NCBI RefSeq assembly: GCF_002967765.1
Contig: NZ_PUHY01000005.1
Location: 688,774 to 752,773, forward strand
Origin: Blastopirellula marina
GTDB lineage: Bacteria > Planctomycetota > Planctomycetia > Pirellulales > Pirellulaceae
Length of the DNA stretch: 64,000 nt
Reading direction: 5' to 3'
This document shows positions 1-10,898 of the stretch, one piece after another (position 1 is the stretch's first letter; the number at the start of each line of letters is the position of its first letter). A model generated the notes under the pieces. It saw nothing but the letters and a program-made list of their open reading frames with translations, made no database searches and was not told the origin of the DNA. The translations under genes were made by a program, and so were the position numbers.

Positions 1-116
1 GAAAATGATGAGAGTACGCGTGATCGTACCCGCTTCCCGAGGGGAATGCTAGTCAAATCTTGACCAAGTTGGGGGGAGATCTTCGTCGATCACGTGGCCG
101 ACCGGAACGAAGGGAA

Positions 117-2585
117 TCACTCGGTGCGATCGACGGTTCGGTAGAGAAACGCGTCAGAGGTTAGCAGAGACATAAGCAGCGCCTTCATGCTTCCTCCGTT
201 GTCCCGATAGGCTGCATGGGCAGCCTGCAAGATCGGGGCGTCATTGAGCGTTTCGTTGCGGCCCATCCAATAACGGAACGCATGACGGACAAACACTTGC
301 TCAGCCCGCTCGCTATCAGCGATTCGCTCGATCAGTTCGATCGCATTAGCCACCTCGCCGTCGAGCTCGGGATCGCCTGAATCGATGATTTCGCCGGTAC
401 TGTCGACCGGCTTGTCCTGTTCCGTTTCGCGATACAAACCGGCATGGTTGTACATCTCGAACGGCAAGCCCAGCGGATCCATCTTCTTATGGCAAGTCCA
501 GCAGTAAGCCTCTCGGGTGACGCGCATCCGCTCGCGGAGTGTGTTCTCGGGCTCGTCAGGTAGCATCGCGTCGACCGTGATCGGTACGTCAGGAATGCCA
601 CCTCCGAGCAAACGTTCGCGAATCCAGTGGCCGCGGCGAATCGCATGGTTGTCCATGGCATCAGAGTGTGAAACGAGCCAGCTTGGATGGGTCAGGATGC
701 CGAGTCGTTCCCCTGCGGGCACCGTCGCTAACATTCGATCTGGCTGCATCGATCCATTGCCAAAACTTCGTCGGCTGACGCGAGCATAGATCTTCTCGCC
801 TGAGAGATCGGCTGGTGTTACTTTATGGTTGATACCGTTCCGTTTCTTGGTGAGGGAAGCGGGCGGCTTTTTGCCAGGGTTCGCTTCGCGCCAGGCTTTC
901 AACTCCTCTTCGGTCGCCTTTTTTGCGGCAGCGATGGAAGCGGCTGTTTCCTGGCGGGTTCTTCGTTGTCCGTAATAGATGTTGTCACCCTTGGTGGCGA
1001 CAACCTGTTCGGTGGTGAGAAGTCGTTTAAGGACATCTTGGTCGTCGTGCAGGACGAGTTCAATCAAGCGATCCGTACTCGCCGTTGCATCGAACATCGC
1101 GCGGTAATGGGCTTGGCCAGCGGCACTCGCGCCGGTATCGGCCAGGGCTTTCGTGTCCTTACAAATGTAGCCTGCCAAGTCGTAGTCGAAGTAGTCGCGG
1201 AAGAATTGCAAGACGCGCGGCTTGCGAATACTCTCGTCGGCCAGCATCCGCTCGACTTCCCGTTTCACATCTTCCTTGGTCCGCATCTTTCCATCGAGAA
1301 TTGCCGTGCGAAGCTGTTCATCTGGTTTGATGTAACGAAGAGCATGGTTCAACGCCAAGCCGAGCTCCCAGTCTCTCAGCATCACTCGTCCGTATTCGTC
1401 CGGCGAATCGTGCGCAGCGAGTTCCGGGCGAAACAACGCATCGCGATCGAGGAAGATCGCCGAAAGTCCCAGGACAACCCCTTCTTCTTTCCCCAATGTT
1501 TCAATCGATTGTTGGGCGATCGTCAGGTAAGTGTCGGACTCTTTGGGAGTCGGCGGACGGAACGTTAACGCTTCAAACAGGTAATCGACCGCGGCGCGTA
1601 ACCGCTCGGTGGTAACCCCTTCGTTGTTCATCAAATCACTTACCGGTGTCAGCGGACGCATGACTTTCGTGCTATAGACGATGGAAGTTGGCAGGCCGCG
1701 GAGGTCTCCCTGCATCTTGTCTTTAATTGAGTTCGGATCGTCCGTGATTTGATATGGCTCGGCAATGCTGAGCGGACCGTATGCCATGTAGCGGATGATG
1801 TCTTCGGCAACGCCAGCAATCTGCGTAGCCTCGGCACTATTCACGGAATAGAAATCGGGGTAGTTCTCCAAGCCATGATCGCGGGCCGTCGAGAGAACCG
1901 CCGGCACGCTTTTCACGGCCGTGGCATAAGCGACGGTACCACCTTGCCACTTGATGATACGGTCGATTCCAAAGTATAGCTTCAACTCCCCGCCATGATT
2001 GGTCGGCACCACGTCGCCGTGCGTTCGCAGACCTGGCTTGGCTGGGTTGAACTTCGGTTCGCGGTTGATCAGTTCGTTGAGGCGAGTGATATGTTCCTGG
2101 GGAGTTACCCGCCAGATCCGCGCAGGGGAAGACGACGGGCGAAGTTGTATGCCTTCTGGCAGGTCTCCGAACAGCAGCGCGTGATCGACGAAGTTTCCTT
2201 TGCCAGGATCACGATCGGCATGGAAGCCACCTTGATCGCGGAGCGTTTCCTTCAACTCGCTGACAACCCAATCCGAAAACATCAGCCGCTCGATCACCTC
2301 AGGCTGATCCATGTCCTTCGGGGGCATTTCTTTGAGGGTGACCTGAGCCCAGACGGTTCGCCAAGTGTCGGCATTAACCTCGTCGACCGGACCCAAATTG
2401 GTCAGCGACAAGCCACCTTCCGGGTCGGTCTCGCCGTGGCAATCAATGCAATGATTGGTGAGAAAGGGCTGGGCTAAACTGCGGAAGTCGCCGGTGACTT
2501 TTTGCCCAGGCATGTAGTTTTGGGCACTTACCGTTGCGACCATCACCAAGCAAAAGATTGCTGGGGTTGCCAAACGCATCATCAT
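117..2585 (-). CDS. Planctomycete DUF1592/DUF1588/DUF1587/DUF1585/DUF1595-family protein (PSCyt3-type, two CxxCH motifs)
   Basis: The six-frame ORF is 117..2738. A signal peptide ([21 protein letters not shown]) begins at an internal Met at 2585, which overlaps the stop of the upstream gene as ATGA, so I chose 2585 as the start. It has an N-terminal CIDCHG motif and a C-terminal [16 protein letters not shown] motif, typical of DUF1587 and DUF1585. This family is the classic partner of DUF1552 in Planctomycetes. Confidence 0.7.
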   Translation of the reverse strand: MMMRLATPAIFCLVMVATVSAQNYMPGQKVTGDFRSLAQPFLTNHCIDCHGETDPEGGLSLTNLGPVDEVNADTWRTVWAQVTLKEMPPKDMDQPEVIERLMFSDWVVSELKETLRDQGGFHADRDPGKGNFVDHALLFGDLPEGIQLRPSSSPARIWRVTPQEHITRLNELINREPKFNPAKPGLRTHGDVVPTNHGGELKLYFGIDRIIKWQGGTVAYATAVKSVPAVLSTARDHGLENYPDFYSVNSAEATQIAGVAEDIIRYMAYGPLSIAEPYQITDDPNSIKDKMQGDLRGLPTSIVYSTKVMRPLTPVSDLMNNEGVTTERLRAAVDYLFEALTFRPPTPKESDTYLTIAQQSIETLGKEEGVVLGLSAIFLDRDALFRPELAAHDSPDEYGRVMLRDWELGLALNHALRYIKPDEQLRTAILDGKMRTKEDVKREVERMLADESIRKPRVLQFFRDYFDYDLAGYICKDTKALADTGASAAGQAHYRAMFDATASTDRLIELVLHDDQDVLKRLLTTEQVVATKGDNIYYGQRRTRQETAASIAAAKKATEEELKAWREANPGKKPPASLTKKRNGINHKVTPADLSGEKIYARVSRRSFGNGSMQPDRMLATVPAGERLGILTHPSWLVSHSDAMDNHAIRRGHWIRERLLGGGIPDVPITVDAMLPDEPENTLRERMRVTREAYCWTCHKKMDPLGLPFEMYNHAGLYRETEQDKPVDSTGEIIDSGDPELDGEVANAIELIERIADSERAEQVFVRHAFRYWMGRNETLNDAPILQAAHAAYRDNGGSMKALLMSLLTSDAFLYRTVDRTE

Positions 2586-3916
2586 GCCAAGACTTCCTTC
2601 AGCGGACCAGTGCTCGAATCGAACTTGGTCGCCAGCTTGTCGGTCATGTTGAAACGGTCGCAGGTTACGCCCGCCGCTCGGAGCAGCGATGTGTACAAGG
2701 CATTGATCGGTCGCTTTCCGTCGAGCTGCGTGAAGCAACCGGTTTTGAAGGCACCATCAAAGTTACCCAGCAGCATGACGGGCCAGTTCGCACCGTTGGT
2801 GTGCTGACTGTCGGCGTTGTTGCTGGTATAGACGATCAGGGTATTGTCCATCATCGTGCCGCTTCCTTCGGGAATGTTTTCCAGCGACTGCATGATTTTC
2901 ACCAGCATGCGGCAATTGTATTGTCGGATCTTGATCCAAATCGGGTTGTCGGGCTGCTTCATGTGCCCCAGATTATGTCCTTGCTGATCGATGCCCAGTC
3001 CTTTCCATGCCCCAAAGATCTCGCCGCGGCCTGAACCGATGGTCAGCGTGTTCGTAATGCCGGAGGTCAGCGCCGAAATACCAAGATCCAGAAGCGCGTC
3101 GTGCCAGTCGGTTTCAAACTCGGGCTTGGTATACCGCTCATCCACTTCCGGAGCGAACTGTCGCAAGTGATCGGACACGGTTGCCAGTCGATCGCGAAGC
3201 CCGTTGATGTCTTGGAAACCGTTGACGTACTGCGAATAACGCTGTTGTTCGGCCGTCGGCAACGTTTGGCCTTTGGCCGTGGCCAGCTTTTCGATTTGGT
3301 CGAAGACATTCGAGCGGGCTTCATGCTGACGACGAATGTCCCCAGTCGAGATTCCTCCATAGAGCGTTTGATAAAGCTGGTTGGGATTCGAGTACATGAA
3401 GATCGGCGAACCGGCTCCGCTGGCGGAAAGCGTTGCCAAGGTTGGCTTCGAGGTCATGTTCTCGATCGAATCCATCCCGATGCAAAGATGCGGCAGAAGC
3501 GTTTGCGGCAACGCCTTGCTAATTTCATAGTCGATCGTCGCGGCACTGGGCGGAACGCCATCGCCGCCGCGATAACCACCCAACGCTCCAAAGAAAGCAC
3601 TGTGCGAGGGACTCGTGTGTTGGCCATGCAGACCATTGATGATGTGCAAACGATCCTTGAATGGTTCCAAATCTTGAATTGGTTCCGGCAGCTTGGCATT
3701 ACCCAACGACCCACTATGCTGCATTCCCTTGGGAACGCAGGTCGCCGGGTCGAAACCTTGATTCTGGAGGAAGAAGATGACCCGCTTGGGCGTTCGCCCT
3801 TGGTCGGACGAAGCGAACAACGGTTGCGGAACGAGAGAAAGGCCTAAGGCAGCGCTCGTACCGGTTGCTACGGCTTGCAACATTTTGCGGCGGTTAAGCA
3901 TCATCGATCCTTCCAC
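2582..3916 (-). CDS. DUF1552-family protein with twin-arginine signal
   Basis: The N-terminus ([23 protein letters not shown]) looks like a Tat signal. The stretch [15 protein letters not shown] matches the DUF1552 'vffy.pNG' motif. It lies immediately upstream of, and is translationally coupled to, the DUF1592-family gene. Confidence 0.65.
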   Translation of the reverse strand: MEGSMMLNRRKMLQAVATGTSAALGLSLVPQPLFASSDQGRTPKRVIFFLQNQGFDPATCVPKGMQHSGSLGNAKLPEPIQDLEPFKDRLHIINGLHGQHTSPSHSAFFGALGGYRGGDGVPPSAATIDYEISKALPQTLLPHLCIGMDSIENMTSKPTLATLSASGAGSPIFMYSNPNQLYQTLYGGISTGDIRRQHEARSNVFDQIEKLATAKGQTLPTAEQQRYSQYVNGFQDINGLRDRLATVSDHLRQFAPEVDERYTKPEFETDWHDALLDLGISALTSGITNTLTIGSGRGEIFGAWKGLGIDQQGHNLGHMKQPDNPIWIKIRQYNCRMLVKIMQSLENIPEGSGTMMDNTLIVYTSNNADSQHTNGANWPVMLLGNFDGAFKTGCFTQLDGKRPINALYTSLLRAAGVTCDRFNMTDKLATKFDSSTGPLKEVLA

Positions 3917-4390
3917 GACGTAACAGCGAATCCGGCCAGAGTGAGGACTCTGGAGGATGGCTTAATGCTGGTATAGCTGATAGGTCTCTGGGGCACCCTC
4001 GAATGAGGGCGAGATCACAGCGTGAGGGAAAGCGGTATTGAGGGGGAAATCGGCGGGGCATAACTCCGCTTAGTATACGAAGATCGGCTGCGTTAAACTA
4101 CATAAACCGTCGACCTGTATCAAGCGAATTCCCTGTAAACGGTTGCCTGGGATGCCGTAACATGTTATCTGTAAACGTGTTAAGGACCGCGGTAGTCGGT
4201 TTTGTCTGGTGGAATAAATGATTTTGTGTGACACCAGATGCCGGTATCTGGGGTTCATCACTTACGAATTACCCCTCATCGATCGCTAGGTCATCCCTGA
4301 TTTCGGTATCGCCGGGGCACATTTAATAGAGTCCCGGTGGACGAAGAGATCCCCGACATCATGACATATCGCTTCTGCTTTGGAGTTGCA

Positions 4391-5311
4391 ATGCGTACGG
4401 CTCTTTTGCTCGTCTTGCTGGTTGCAGTTGGATGCAATCCCGTGAATCCACTACGTGCACCCAACAGTTCGTCAAACAATCAGCAGACCTTGGTCGAAGC
4501 GCGGGATGGCTTCGTTACCAAGATTGTCGAGACGGGCGAAGACTATGGCCCGCCAGATCAACCCGACGGAAAGCTGTTTGAACTGATCAAATACAAGTCG
4601 CCTGTTGGTGATCTTGCCGCCTACATCACACCTGATCCGGGCGATGGTCAGAAGCATCCGGCGATCGTGTGGATTACTGGGGGCGATAACAACACGATTG
4701 GTGACGTGTGGACACCGCAAGATCGCGACAATGATCAATCGGCGAGTGCCTTTCGCAAGGCGGGCATGATCATGATGTTTCCCTCGCAGCGCGGTGGGAA
4801 CGACAATCCTGGTCAGCGTGAAGGTTTTTACGGCGAGGTTGATGATATCCTGGCCGCTACCGATTACCTGGCCAACTTGCCGTACGTCGATCCAGACCAA
4901 ATCTATCTGGGCGGACACAGTACCGGCGGAACGCTGGCGATGCTCGTTGGCGAATGTTCGGATCGGTACAAAGCTATCTTCGCGTTCGGTCCTGTGGCTG
5001 GCGTAGTGCAGTATGGTGGCGAATACATGTACTGCGACCTAAATGATCAAAAGGAACTGGAACTACGCTCTCCCCTGTTCTGGCTGCACTGTGTGAAGAG
5101 CCCCATGTTTGTCTTTGAAGGGGCGAATCAAGGGAATTGGGATGGTTCGATTGAGGTGATGGCAAAAGAAAATCCGAACCCGCTGATCCAGTTTTGGAAG
5201 GTGCCGGGTCACGATCACTTCAGTGTGATCACCCCGATCACCGAGAGCTTGGCCCCACAGATCATGGAAGGAGAAATCGATGTCTCGCAAGACATGGTCG
5301 ATGGGTTCTAA
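4391..5311 (+). CDS. alpha/beta-hydrolase lipoprotein (S9 peptidase / dienelactone-hydrolase-like)
   Basis: The six-frame ORF is 4337..5311. The likely start is the Met at 4391, which has a GGAG 5 nt upstream and a lipoprotein signal (LLLVLLVAVGCNP). It has a GGHSTGG nucleophile elbow (GxSxG) and a downstream His-Asp region. Confidence 0.7.
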   Translation: MRTALLLVLLVAVGCNPVNPLRAPNSSSNNQQTLVEARDGFVTKIVETGEDYGPPDQPDGKLFELIKYKSPVGDLAAYITPDPGDGQKHPAIVWITGGDNNTIGDVWTPQDRDNDQSASAFRKAGMIMMFPSQRGGNDNPGQREGFYGEVDDILAATDYLANLPYVDPDQIYLGGHSTGGTLAMLVGECSDRYKAIFAFGPVAGVVQYGGEYMYCDLNDQKELELRSPLFWLHCVKSPMFVFEGANQGNWDGSIEVMAKENPNPLIQFWKVPGHDHFSVITPITESLAPQIMEGEIDVSQDMVDGF

Positions 5312-5404
5312 TCGCTTTGAACCTAGCGTCCCTCAAATCCGGTTTGGATACTCTTGATTTCTCGTCGAAAATCGGCCCTACCGATGCCAACACCACGACG
5401 ACCG

Positions 5405-5598
5405 AAGAACATCATACCGGTAGAACTTCGGGATGTTTACGCCGAAGTCGTTGCGAAGCCCCTGTAGAACTCCGTGAACAGGGTAAGACCTAAATGGAGG
5501 TCTGTAACGCCCTGACCGATCTTGGGTTCAGGACTCGCAACGGCAAATTCTGGCAGCATCCCCAGCAGATCGTGAAATTGCGACGGTCATTCCAATGA
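5405..5598 (+). pseudogene. frameshifted remnant of a (large) serine recombinase gene
   Basis: Two adjacent frames translate to ...IPVELRDVYAEVVAKPL* and MEVCNALTDLGFRTRNGKFWQHPQQIVKLRRSFQ*. The second matches the recombinase-domain motif 'ia..Ln..G..t..G.kW....v..iL' of serine recombinases. There is no intact ORF here. The fragment sits at the edge of a low-GC islet. Confidence 0.35.
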
Positions 5599-5614
5599 AC
5601 CTACAGAGATCACT

Positions 5615-6253
5615 TTATGATTCTCCTTCCTGCACAAGATCAAGAATATAGCCTCTCGCTCCCGCCCCTCGAAACTGCTGTACCCATCGTTCTTTAGGCT
5701 GTTCCTCTAACCACTGGATGGCATGAGGCCCAATCCAAACATTCGGTGCCGGCTTCGAGGGATTCGTCCTAGACCGAGGCAATTCGGTGTTCTGCCAGAT
5801 GAGCTTCGAGTTGCTGTATGTCTTCTTTATGTATTTTCGCAGGTTCTTGAAGCGTCTTTCGATTTGATCCGTAGACGAAGAATCGTGAACTGTTTTTTCT
5901 GTACTTGTCGTGCTGACTGCGATTCTTCCTTCAAACAAGTATGGCTCACCAAATTGAAAGCCAGATCGAAGGAATTGAATTGTCAGATACTCATTGTTGC
6001 AATACCACCATTCCTTGTCCTTCTTCCGATGGTGATCTGCTGTCAGACCAGCTGTCTCTGACGGATTCCAGATCATCAGATAGCTTCCGGCCTTGTCAAT
6101 TTCGGAGCAAATTGGCGGACTTGGCTGATCCCACTTCGGGCCATCCACATACACAACTCCCTGTTCTGAAGTGACGAACCGCGCGAAGTCTTCTTCATCT
6201 TCCGGGTGCATTACAAAACAGACTTCGCTTCTCATTTGATCTTTGCACTCCAC
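5615..6253 (-). CDS. hypothetical protein (low-GC)
   Basis: It is a 212-aa ORF with no recognisable motifs. Its GC content is clearly below the window average. Confidence 0.5.
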   Translation of the reverse strand: MECKDQMRSEVCFVMHPEDEEDFARFVTSEQGVVYVDGPKWDQPSPPICSEIDKAGSYLMIWNPSETAGLTADHHRKKDKEWWYCNNEYLTIQFLRSGFQFGEPYLFEGRIAVSTTSTEKTVHDSSSTDQIERRFKNLRKYIKKTYSNSKLIWQNTELPRSRTNPSKPAPNVWIGPHAIQWLEEQPKERWVQQFRGAGARGYILDLVQEGES

Positions 6254-6580
6254 ACGTTGAAAGTGGTGTCATATATCGGGACCGCTATTCGCCTATGACC
6301 TTCACTAGCACCCTTTTGGGCGCGCGACCGTCGAACTCGCTGCAGAAGATGATCCTAAGCGGCGAAATCCAGTTTGCCATTCGTAATAACGACGACAACT
6401 TACCCGGCTCATGACCTGACGCTTCATGTGAGCATGGGCATTGTCTTCGCCTGTTCGATTGAGGGCGCATCGCTGAGTAGACGCATCGAAAGAGCCAGAC
6501 TTTTCAACCATTTAATGTAGACCTTCTGGAGGTCCGATTCATCATCGTTGATGAAAACAGAGGCCGTATTTTGCATTGCA

Positions 6581-7255
6581 TTACCGATAATGAGTCACGC
6601 CGATGTATTCGTCGTACTCGGCACGCTGGTCTTCGGGTAACTGTTGTCGTTGATAACGTAGCGAGTAACCGCCGGAGAGGTCACCGTTGTCATTAATGGC
6701 CCAGTCGACGACGTCGTTCTCCGCAATCGTACGCTCGTCACCTACGGCAATGCCCGTCAGCCCTGCGGGCACTTCAAAGAAGGAAGCGACAAAGTTGGCG
6801 CCATCGCAGCGAACAACGTGCAACCAGACATAACATGTTTGCTCGTCCGTCTCGATCCGAGTCTTAATCATCGCCGACTTCAGCCCGCTACCATCGGCAG
6901 GAAGCGATTGCCGAAAGGTATCAAGGGTTTTTCGGGCGTCGTGGATCGTTTGCTGAAACAAGGCATCTTGGCTGTCGACCAGGTTAACCTGAGCACCTGG
7001 ATCAAGGTCTGGCTGGCGGCCTAGGTCGCGTCGCAGCATTTGAAAGTCGTACCAGCAGCTTTCTGGCGAGATATCGTTGCCTCGCTTCTCTCGAAACTTG
7101 GCCACAGCCTGCGGAGTCATCATGATGCACGTGGCACCGTCACGTATGGCAATGACTTCTTCCAGGGAGAGAGGCGATCCCTTTGAATCCTCGGCACTGA
7201 GCAACACAGCACCGAGCTTCGGGATAAACACCGGAATCAACGTGTCATCGGTCAT
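6581..7255 (-). CDS. DUF2314-like protein
   Basis: The C-terminal part ([23 protein letters not shown]...[18 protein letters not shown]) resembles the YegJ/DUF2314 fold signature. Confidence 0.45.
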   Translation of the reverse strand: MTDDTLIPVFIPKLGAVLLSAEDSKGSPLSLEEVIAIRDGATCIMMTPQAVAKFREKRGNDISPESCWYDFQMLRRDLGRQPDLDPGAQVNLVDSQDALFQQTIHDARKTLDTFRQSLPADGSGLKSAMIKTRIETDEQTCYVWLHVVRCDGANFVASFFEVPAGLTGIAVGDERTIAENDVVDWAINDNGDLSGGYSLRYQRQQLPEDQRAEYDEYIGVTHYR

Positions 7256-7356
7256 CGATAGAGCTCCAGGAAACGGTCATCAAAGTCGACTTGTTTCCTC
7301 GAAGATAACGCACCGAAGCGATGGCTTCCAAGAGATTGAACAGGGATGGTCAGGCT

Positions 7357-7797
7357 TTAGCTTCCCTTGCCATCCTTCGTCAAAGCAAAGTCGAGGCTTT
7401 CCGTCGCTTCGGTAATCGAAGCTTTGAGCGGAGTCAGGTGGGCTGCGTTGTAGTTCGGATGCGTGGTCGTCTTCAATTTGTCACGCATGCCACTAGCGGG
7501 CACGCCCTCCAAAACCAACTCTTGACCGACAACTTCGTTTCCGAGAATCATAATGGTCTTTTCTCCCGGCACGATCTCTGCGGAGTATTCCCCACCAGCA
7601 ATCACGCCGCCCGACGAAGGCGTTTCGCCATCGGTAGCAAGGAAAGTAATCGATCCTTGTTCAACTGGCTTACCGTCGACGGTCACCTTCCCTTGAACGG
7701 TGACCGTGTTATTTGACTCGGCGCCACAGCCGGTCAGCATAGTGACGGCGCTCAGGACGACCATTGATACAGCAAAAGGAAAACGAATCATCTTCAA
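7357..7797 (-). CDS. small lipoprotein, carboxypeptidase-regulatory-like beta-sandwich
   Basis: It has a lipoprotein signal (MKMIRFPFAVSMVVLSAVTMLTGC) followed by VTVQGKVTVDGKPV. In Planctomycetes this is the usual small partner downstream of DUF1559 genes. Confidence 0.65.
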   Translation of the reverse strand: MKMIRFPFAVSMVVLSAVTMLTGCGAESNNTVTVQGKVTVDGKPVEQGSITFLATDGETPSSGGVIAGGEYSAEIVPGEKTIMILGNEVVGQELVLEGVPASGMRDKLKTTTHPNYNAAHLTPLKASITEATESLDFALTKDGKGS

Positions 7798-7929
7798 TGT
7801 CTCGAATCAGGCTTTAGGCGGGACTGAAATAAACAAAGCGCGAACGGCACTTCGCGATAAGAGCGGTCTCGTCATCGAACGAGTTCTACCTTCGATGACG
7901 AAACGAGTTTGAACAAGAGAAGCTACGAA

Positions 7930-8874
7930 CTACGGAAGCTGTGTGGCTTCGCCACCACGGCCTGAAAGGGCAGCCCGCCAAATATTTTGCGAAACGGTTT
8001 CGGTAACAAAGCGGACCGAACCATCCATCATGCTCACGTTGACACCACCTGGATGGTTACTGCGTGCCGCGATCTGGTATTCCTGATTGCTACCAACCGG
8101 CTGGCAAGGCATGCGGCGGTATTCTGGGTTGGTAGCTAATGTCGTCCGCGGAGTACAAGCCCGGCACTGATCTGGCACGTTCGAATTCGGGGTGTTGATC
8201 GACATGAAGCCAGGGCTGCCTTCATCGTTCAACATGTCACCGCGGTTGTCGTCCAACTTGCCTGGTGAAGCGATAAGAATCTCGGAAAAGCCAGCGGTAT
8301 TCGAGGTTCCGTCGACCAGATCAGCAAATCGATACATGTGCCGGACACCAAACGGCGATCCGGTAAAGATCGCTTGATCGGCGGCATTTTGGTGAAGATG
8401 CGTGTTGCCCATGTTGGTCACATAGCTACCCATGACGCGCCAGTACTGATCGTTTTGATCTTGAGTGACGTTGACCTTGTCGGAAGGACAGTAATAGCCC
8501 GGCACGAACACGCGCTGCGTGGCAAGATTCGGTGCGTCGTGGAACGGAATGTTGAAATCGTATTGGTCCGCTAAAGCGGTTTGTTCGATGAATGGCCACA
8601 AGAAGACGGGCCAGGTAACACGTTGATACGTTTGACCGTTCTCGACCTTGCCGCCACTATTCATCGCGCCCAGCGGCATAAAACCTTTGTTGATGTCGGC
8701 AAAGTTGTGGGAGGCCAATGCCCATTGTTTCAAATTATTGGTGCATTGCATGCGGCGAGCTGCCTCGCGAGCTTGTTGGACAGCCGGCAGGAGCAAAGCG
8801 ATCAAGACGCCAATGATGGCGATGACCACCAACAATTCGACAAGGGTAAAGCCACGATGGGTACGTGCAGGCAT
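7930..8874 (-). CDS. DUF1559 protein with prepilin-type N-terminal cleavage/methylation domain (type II pseudopilin-like)
   Basis: The N-terminus ([43 protein letters not shown]) is a textbook Planctomycete DUF1559 N-terminus. Confidence 0.85.
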   Translation of the reverse strand: MPARTHRGFTLVELLVVIAIIGVLIALLLPAVQQAREAARRMQCTNNLKQWALASHNFADINKGFMPLGAMNSGGKVENGQTYQRVTWPVFLWPFIEQTALADQYDFNIPFHDAPNLATQRVFVPGYYCPSDKVNVTQDQNDQYWRVMGSYVTNMGNTHLHQNAADQAIFTGSPFGVRHMYRFADLVDGTSNTAGFSEILIASPGKLDDNRGDMLNDEGSPGFMSINTPNSNVPDQCRACTPRTTLATNPEYRRMPCQPVGSNQEYQIAARSNHPGGVNVSMMDGSVRFVTETVSQNIWRAALSGRGGEATQLP

Positions 8875-9469
8875 GGAAAGGCACCTTTGTTTGTAAGAAT
8901 CCGAGAAAAAGATCGTATACGACGTGACGAGATCAGCATCGTTAAGGTGGGTTGTATCAGGCGGGTTCGAAGGGAGGGGTAATCGCTGGCAGGAGGTCGT
9001 TGGCGTGCGATTGTAGAAACTTTACATCGCCCCGGCTAGAGCCATATTGAGGAATGTTGCGTCGTTGAGATAGCACAGTGGTGCTCAAGTCGGCGTTGCA
9101 AAGCGTTCATGGATAAGTGATATCTCATCAACTAGCTTGACTGTCGTAGTAAAAAGATGCAAATACTGGCAAATGACGGTGCCATGTTTTGCAAGGGGAT
9201 GCATGGGGAAACGACGAAGTTTCTTCGCAGATTTTACGGTCGGTAAGCCTGCGTCTTGTACGAAAGAAGGGGTATTTAGGAGGGTGTCGCAACAGAAATC
9301 AATTGCATTTCGCATCGTTGTCGTTGGGGTTTTTCTTTTCGGCTTGGATCATGCTTCTGAAATTGTGCTTGGTCTGCCATCGTCGTGGACGTCAGCAATA
9401 ATTTGGGTGTACAATTAACGAGCTATCTTCCCTCCTTAATAAATCGCCGATTTCTCGCCCAGGACCTGC

Positions 9470-10744
9470 ATGTTGGCTTGGAAAACGAACCACAACTTGT
9501 CTTCGCGAATCTTCGGTTGGGCGACCAGCCTCTTGTTGCTGCTTGGGCTAATTGTTCCGACTTACGCTCAGGAGGACATCGAGCAGCTCGGCGCCCATCT
9601 GAAAGAGGCGACTGGCGAGGAACTCGTCCAAAAGCTTGGCGCAAATGATTTCGATGTTCGTGAAGCAGCCGAGGCAGAGATTCTCACCCGAGGCGAAGAA
9701 ATCGTTTCCCTGGTCGAAGCGGCCTGTAAATCGCCCGATCCGGAAGTTCGCATTCGGGCGAACGATATCTACCGTCAATTATCGATCCGTCTACGCGACG
9801 AGCGGTTTGAACGTTTCTTATCGATGGATAAGAAAACGGATCTCCCTGGCTGGAAGCGATTCAAAGAGCAACACGGCGATTCCCCGGCGAATCGAAAGCT
9901 GTACGTCGAGATGCTGCGGCAGGAGTGGGAGTTGCTGGTCGCATTAGAAGATCAGCCTCACTTGATCGACTATCTGTTTTATCAGCGTGCCAACAAGATG
10001 CGTGGCAACTTCCAATTCCCCAATCAAGGTCAGGGAGTTAGTGAAGGAAGTGCGGCGGCCATGTTCCATGCGGCATCGCAGAAAGATGTGCGGATCACGC
10101 AGCCCGCCATGGAGCAAATGCGTTTTCTGATGGCCACGCCGCAGCTTTCAGGAAGTTTGCAAGATCCTGAAAACAACAAACCTCTGCTCAGCGTGTTCGA
10201 TCATTGGCTGAGAGCCAACATCGAGATGGGACGCTTCACGTCCGAAATGCGTTTTGTCGTATTGGCGACTTGCATGCGCGAGCATTTGCCCAGTGGTGTT
10301 ATCCTCGCTCGCAAGATGCTCGACGATCGATCTAATCCGTTGCGAGTCGAAGAGTTTACCCAGTTTAATGTTGGGATCGATTCCGATCAGCAAATGATGT
10401 ACGCGATGCTGGCCTTGGCCAAACTGGGTTCGCGCGAAGATCTCAAGATCCTCAAGCCATTCCTCGACGACGAAACCGCAATCGACGCCCACTTGGGAAT
10501 TACCGATCGTTTCACCACGCAGCTTCGTGATGTGGCCTTGCTTGCCTCAATAAAACTGATGGGCGAAGAGCCCAAAGATTACGGTTTCTCACGCTTGGCG
10601 ACCGATCCGAGTTTCCTCTACAACGTCCGTTCGATCGGCTTTCTATCGCAAGAAGAACGAACCGCGGCCTTCGAAAAATGGGAACAAAGCCGCAAAGAAG
10701 AGACCGAGCCAAAACCGGACGAATCGACTGCCGAGACTAAGTAA
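9470..10744 (+). CDS. secreted hypothetical protein (helical/HEAT-like)
   Basis: It has a signal peptide (WATSLLLLLGLIVPTYAQE). I found no catalytic motif. Confidence 0.55.
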   Translation: MLAWKTNHNLSSRIFGWATSLLLLLGLIVPTYAQEDIEQLGAHLKEATGEELVQKLGANDFDVREAAEAEILTRGEEIVSLVEAACKSPDPEVRIRANDIYRQLSIRLRDERFERFLSMDKKTDLPGWKRFKEQHGDSPANRKLYVEMLRQEWELLVALEDQPHLIDYLFYQRANKMRGNFQFPNQGQGVSEGSAAAMFHAASQKDVRITQPAMEQMRFLMATPQLSGSLQDPENNKPLLSVFDHWLRANIEMGRFTSEMRFVVLATCMREHLPSGVILARKMLDDRSNPLRVEEFTQFNVGIDSDQQMMYAMLALAKLGSREDLKILKPFLDDETAIDAHLGITDRFTTQLRDVALLASIKLMGEEPKDYGFSRLATDPSFLYNVRSIGFLSQEERTAAFEKWEQSRKEETEPKPDESTAETK

Positions 10745-10898
10745 TCGCCGGTCGAATAGTCTACTGCTAGCGTGCTGGCTGTTCGCATTGACGCGATTGG
10801 GTGAAGTTGGCATGATTCGGCCGCCTGTTTTCAGTAGCGCTCCATGGCAACTCTGGACGATACTAAACATGCTAGTGAATCGTTCAAGGAGGAACCCC

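Noticed and set aside
825-1568. 247-aa plus-strand ORF inside the DUF1592-family gene
   Set aside because: It is antisense to an 873-aa ORF that has clear family motifs, so it is treated as a shadow ORF.
4262-4290. ccagat-gccggt-atctgg small palindrome upstream of the hydrolase gene
   Set aside because: The arms are only 6 bp, which is expected by chance at this GC content. There is no supporting context.
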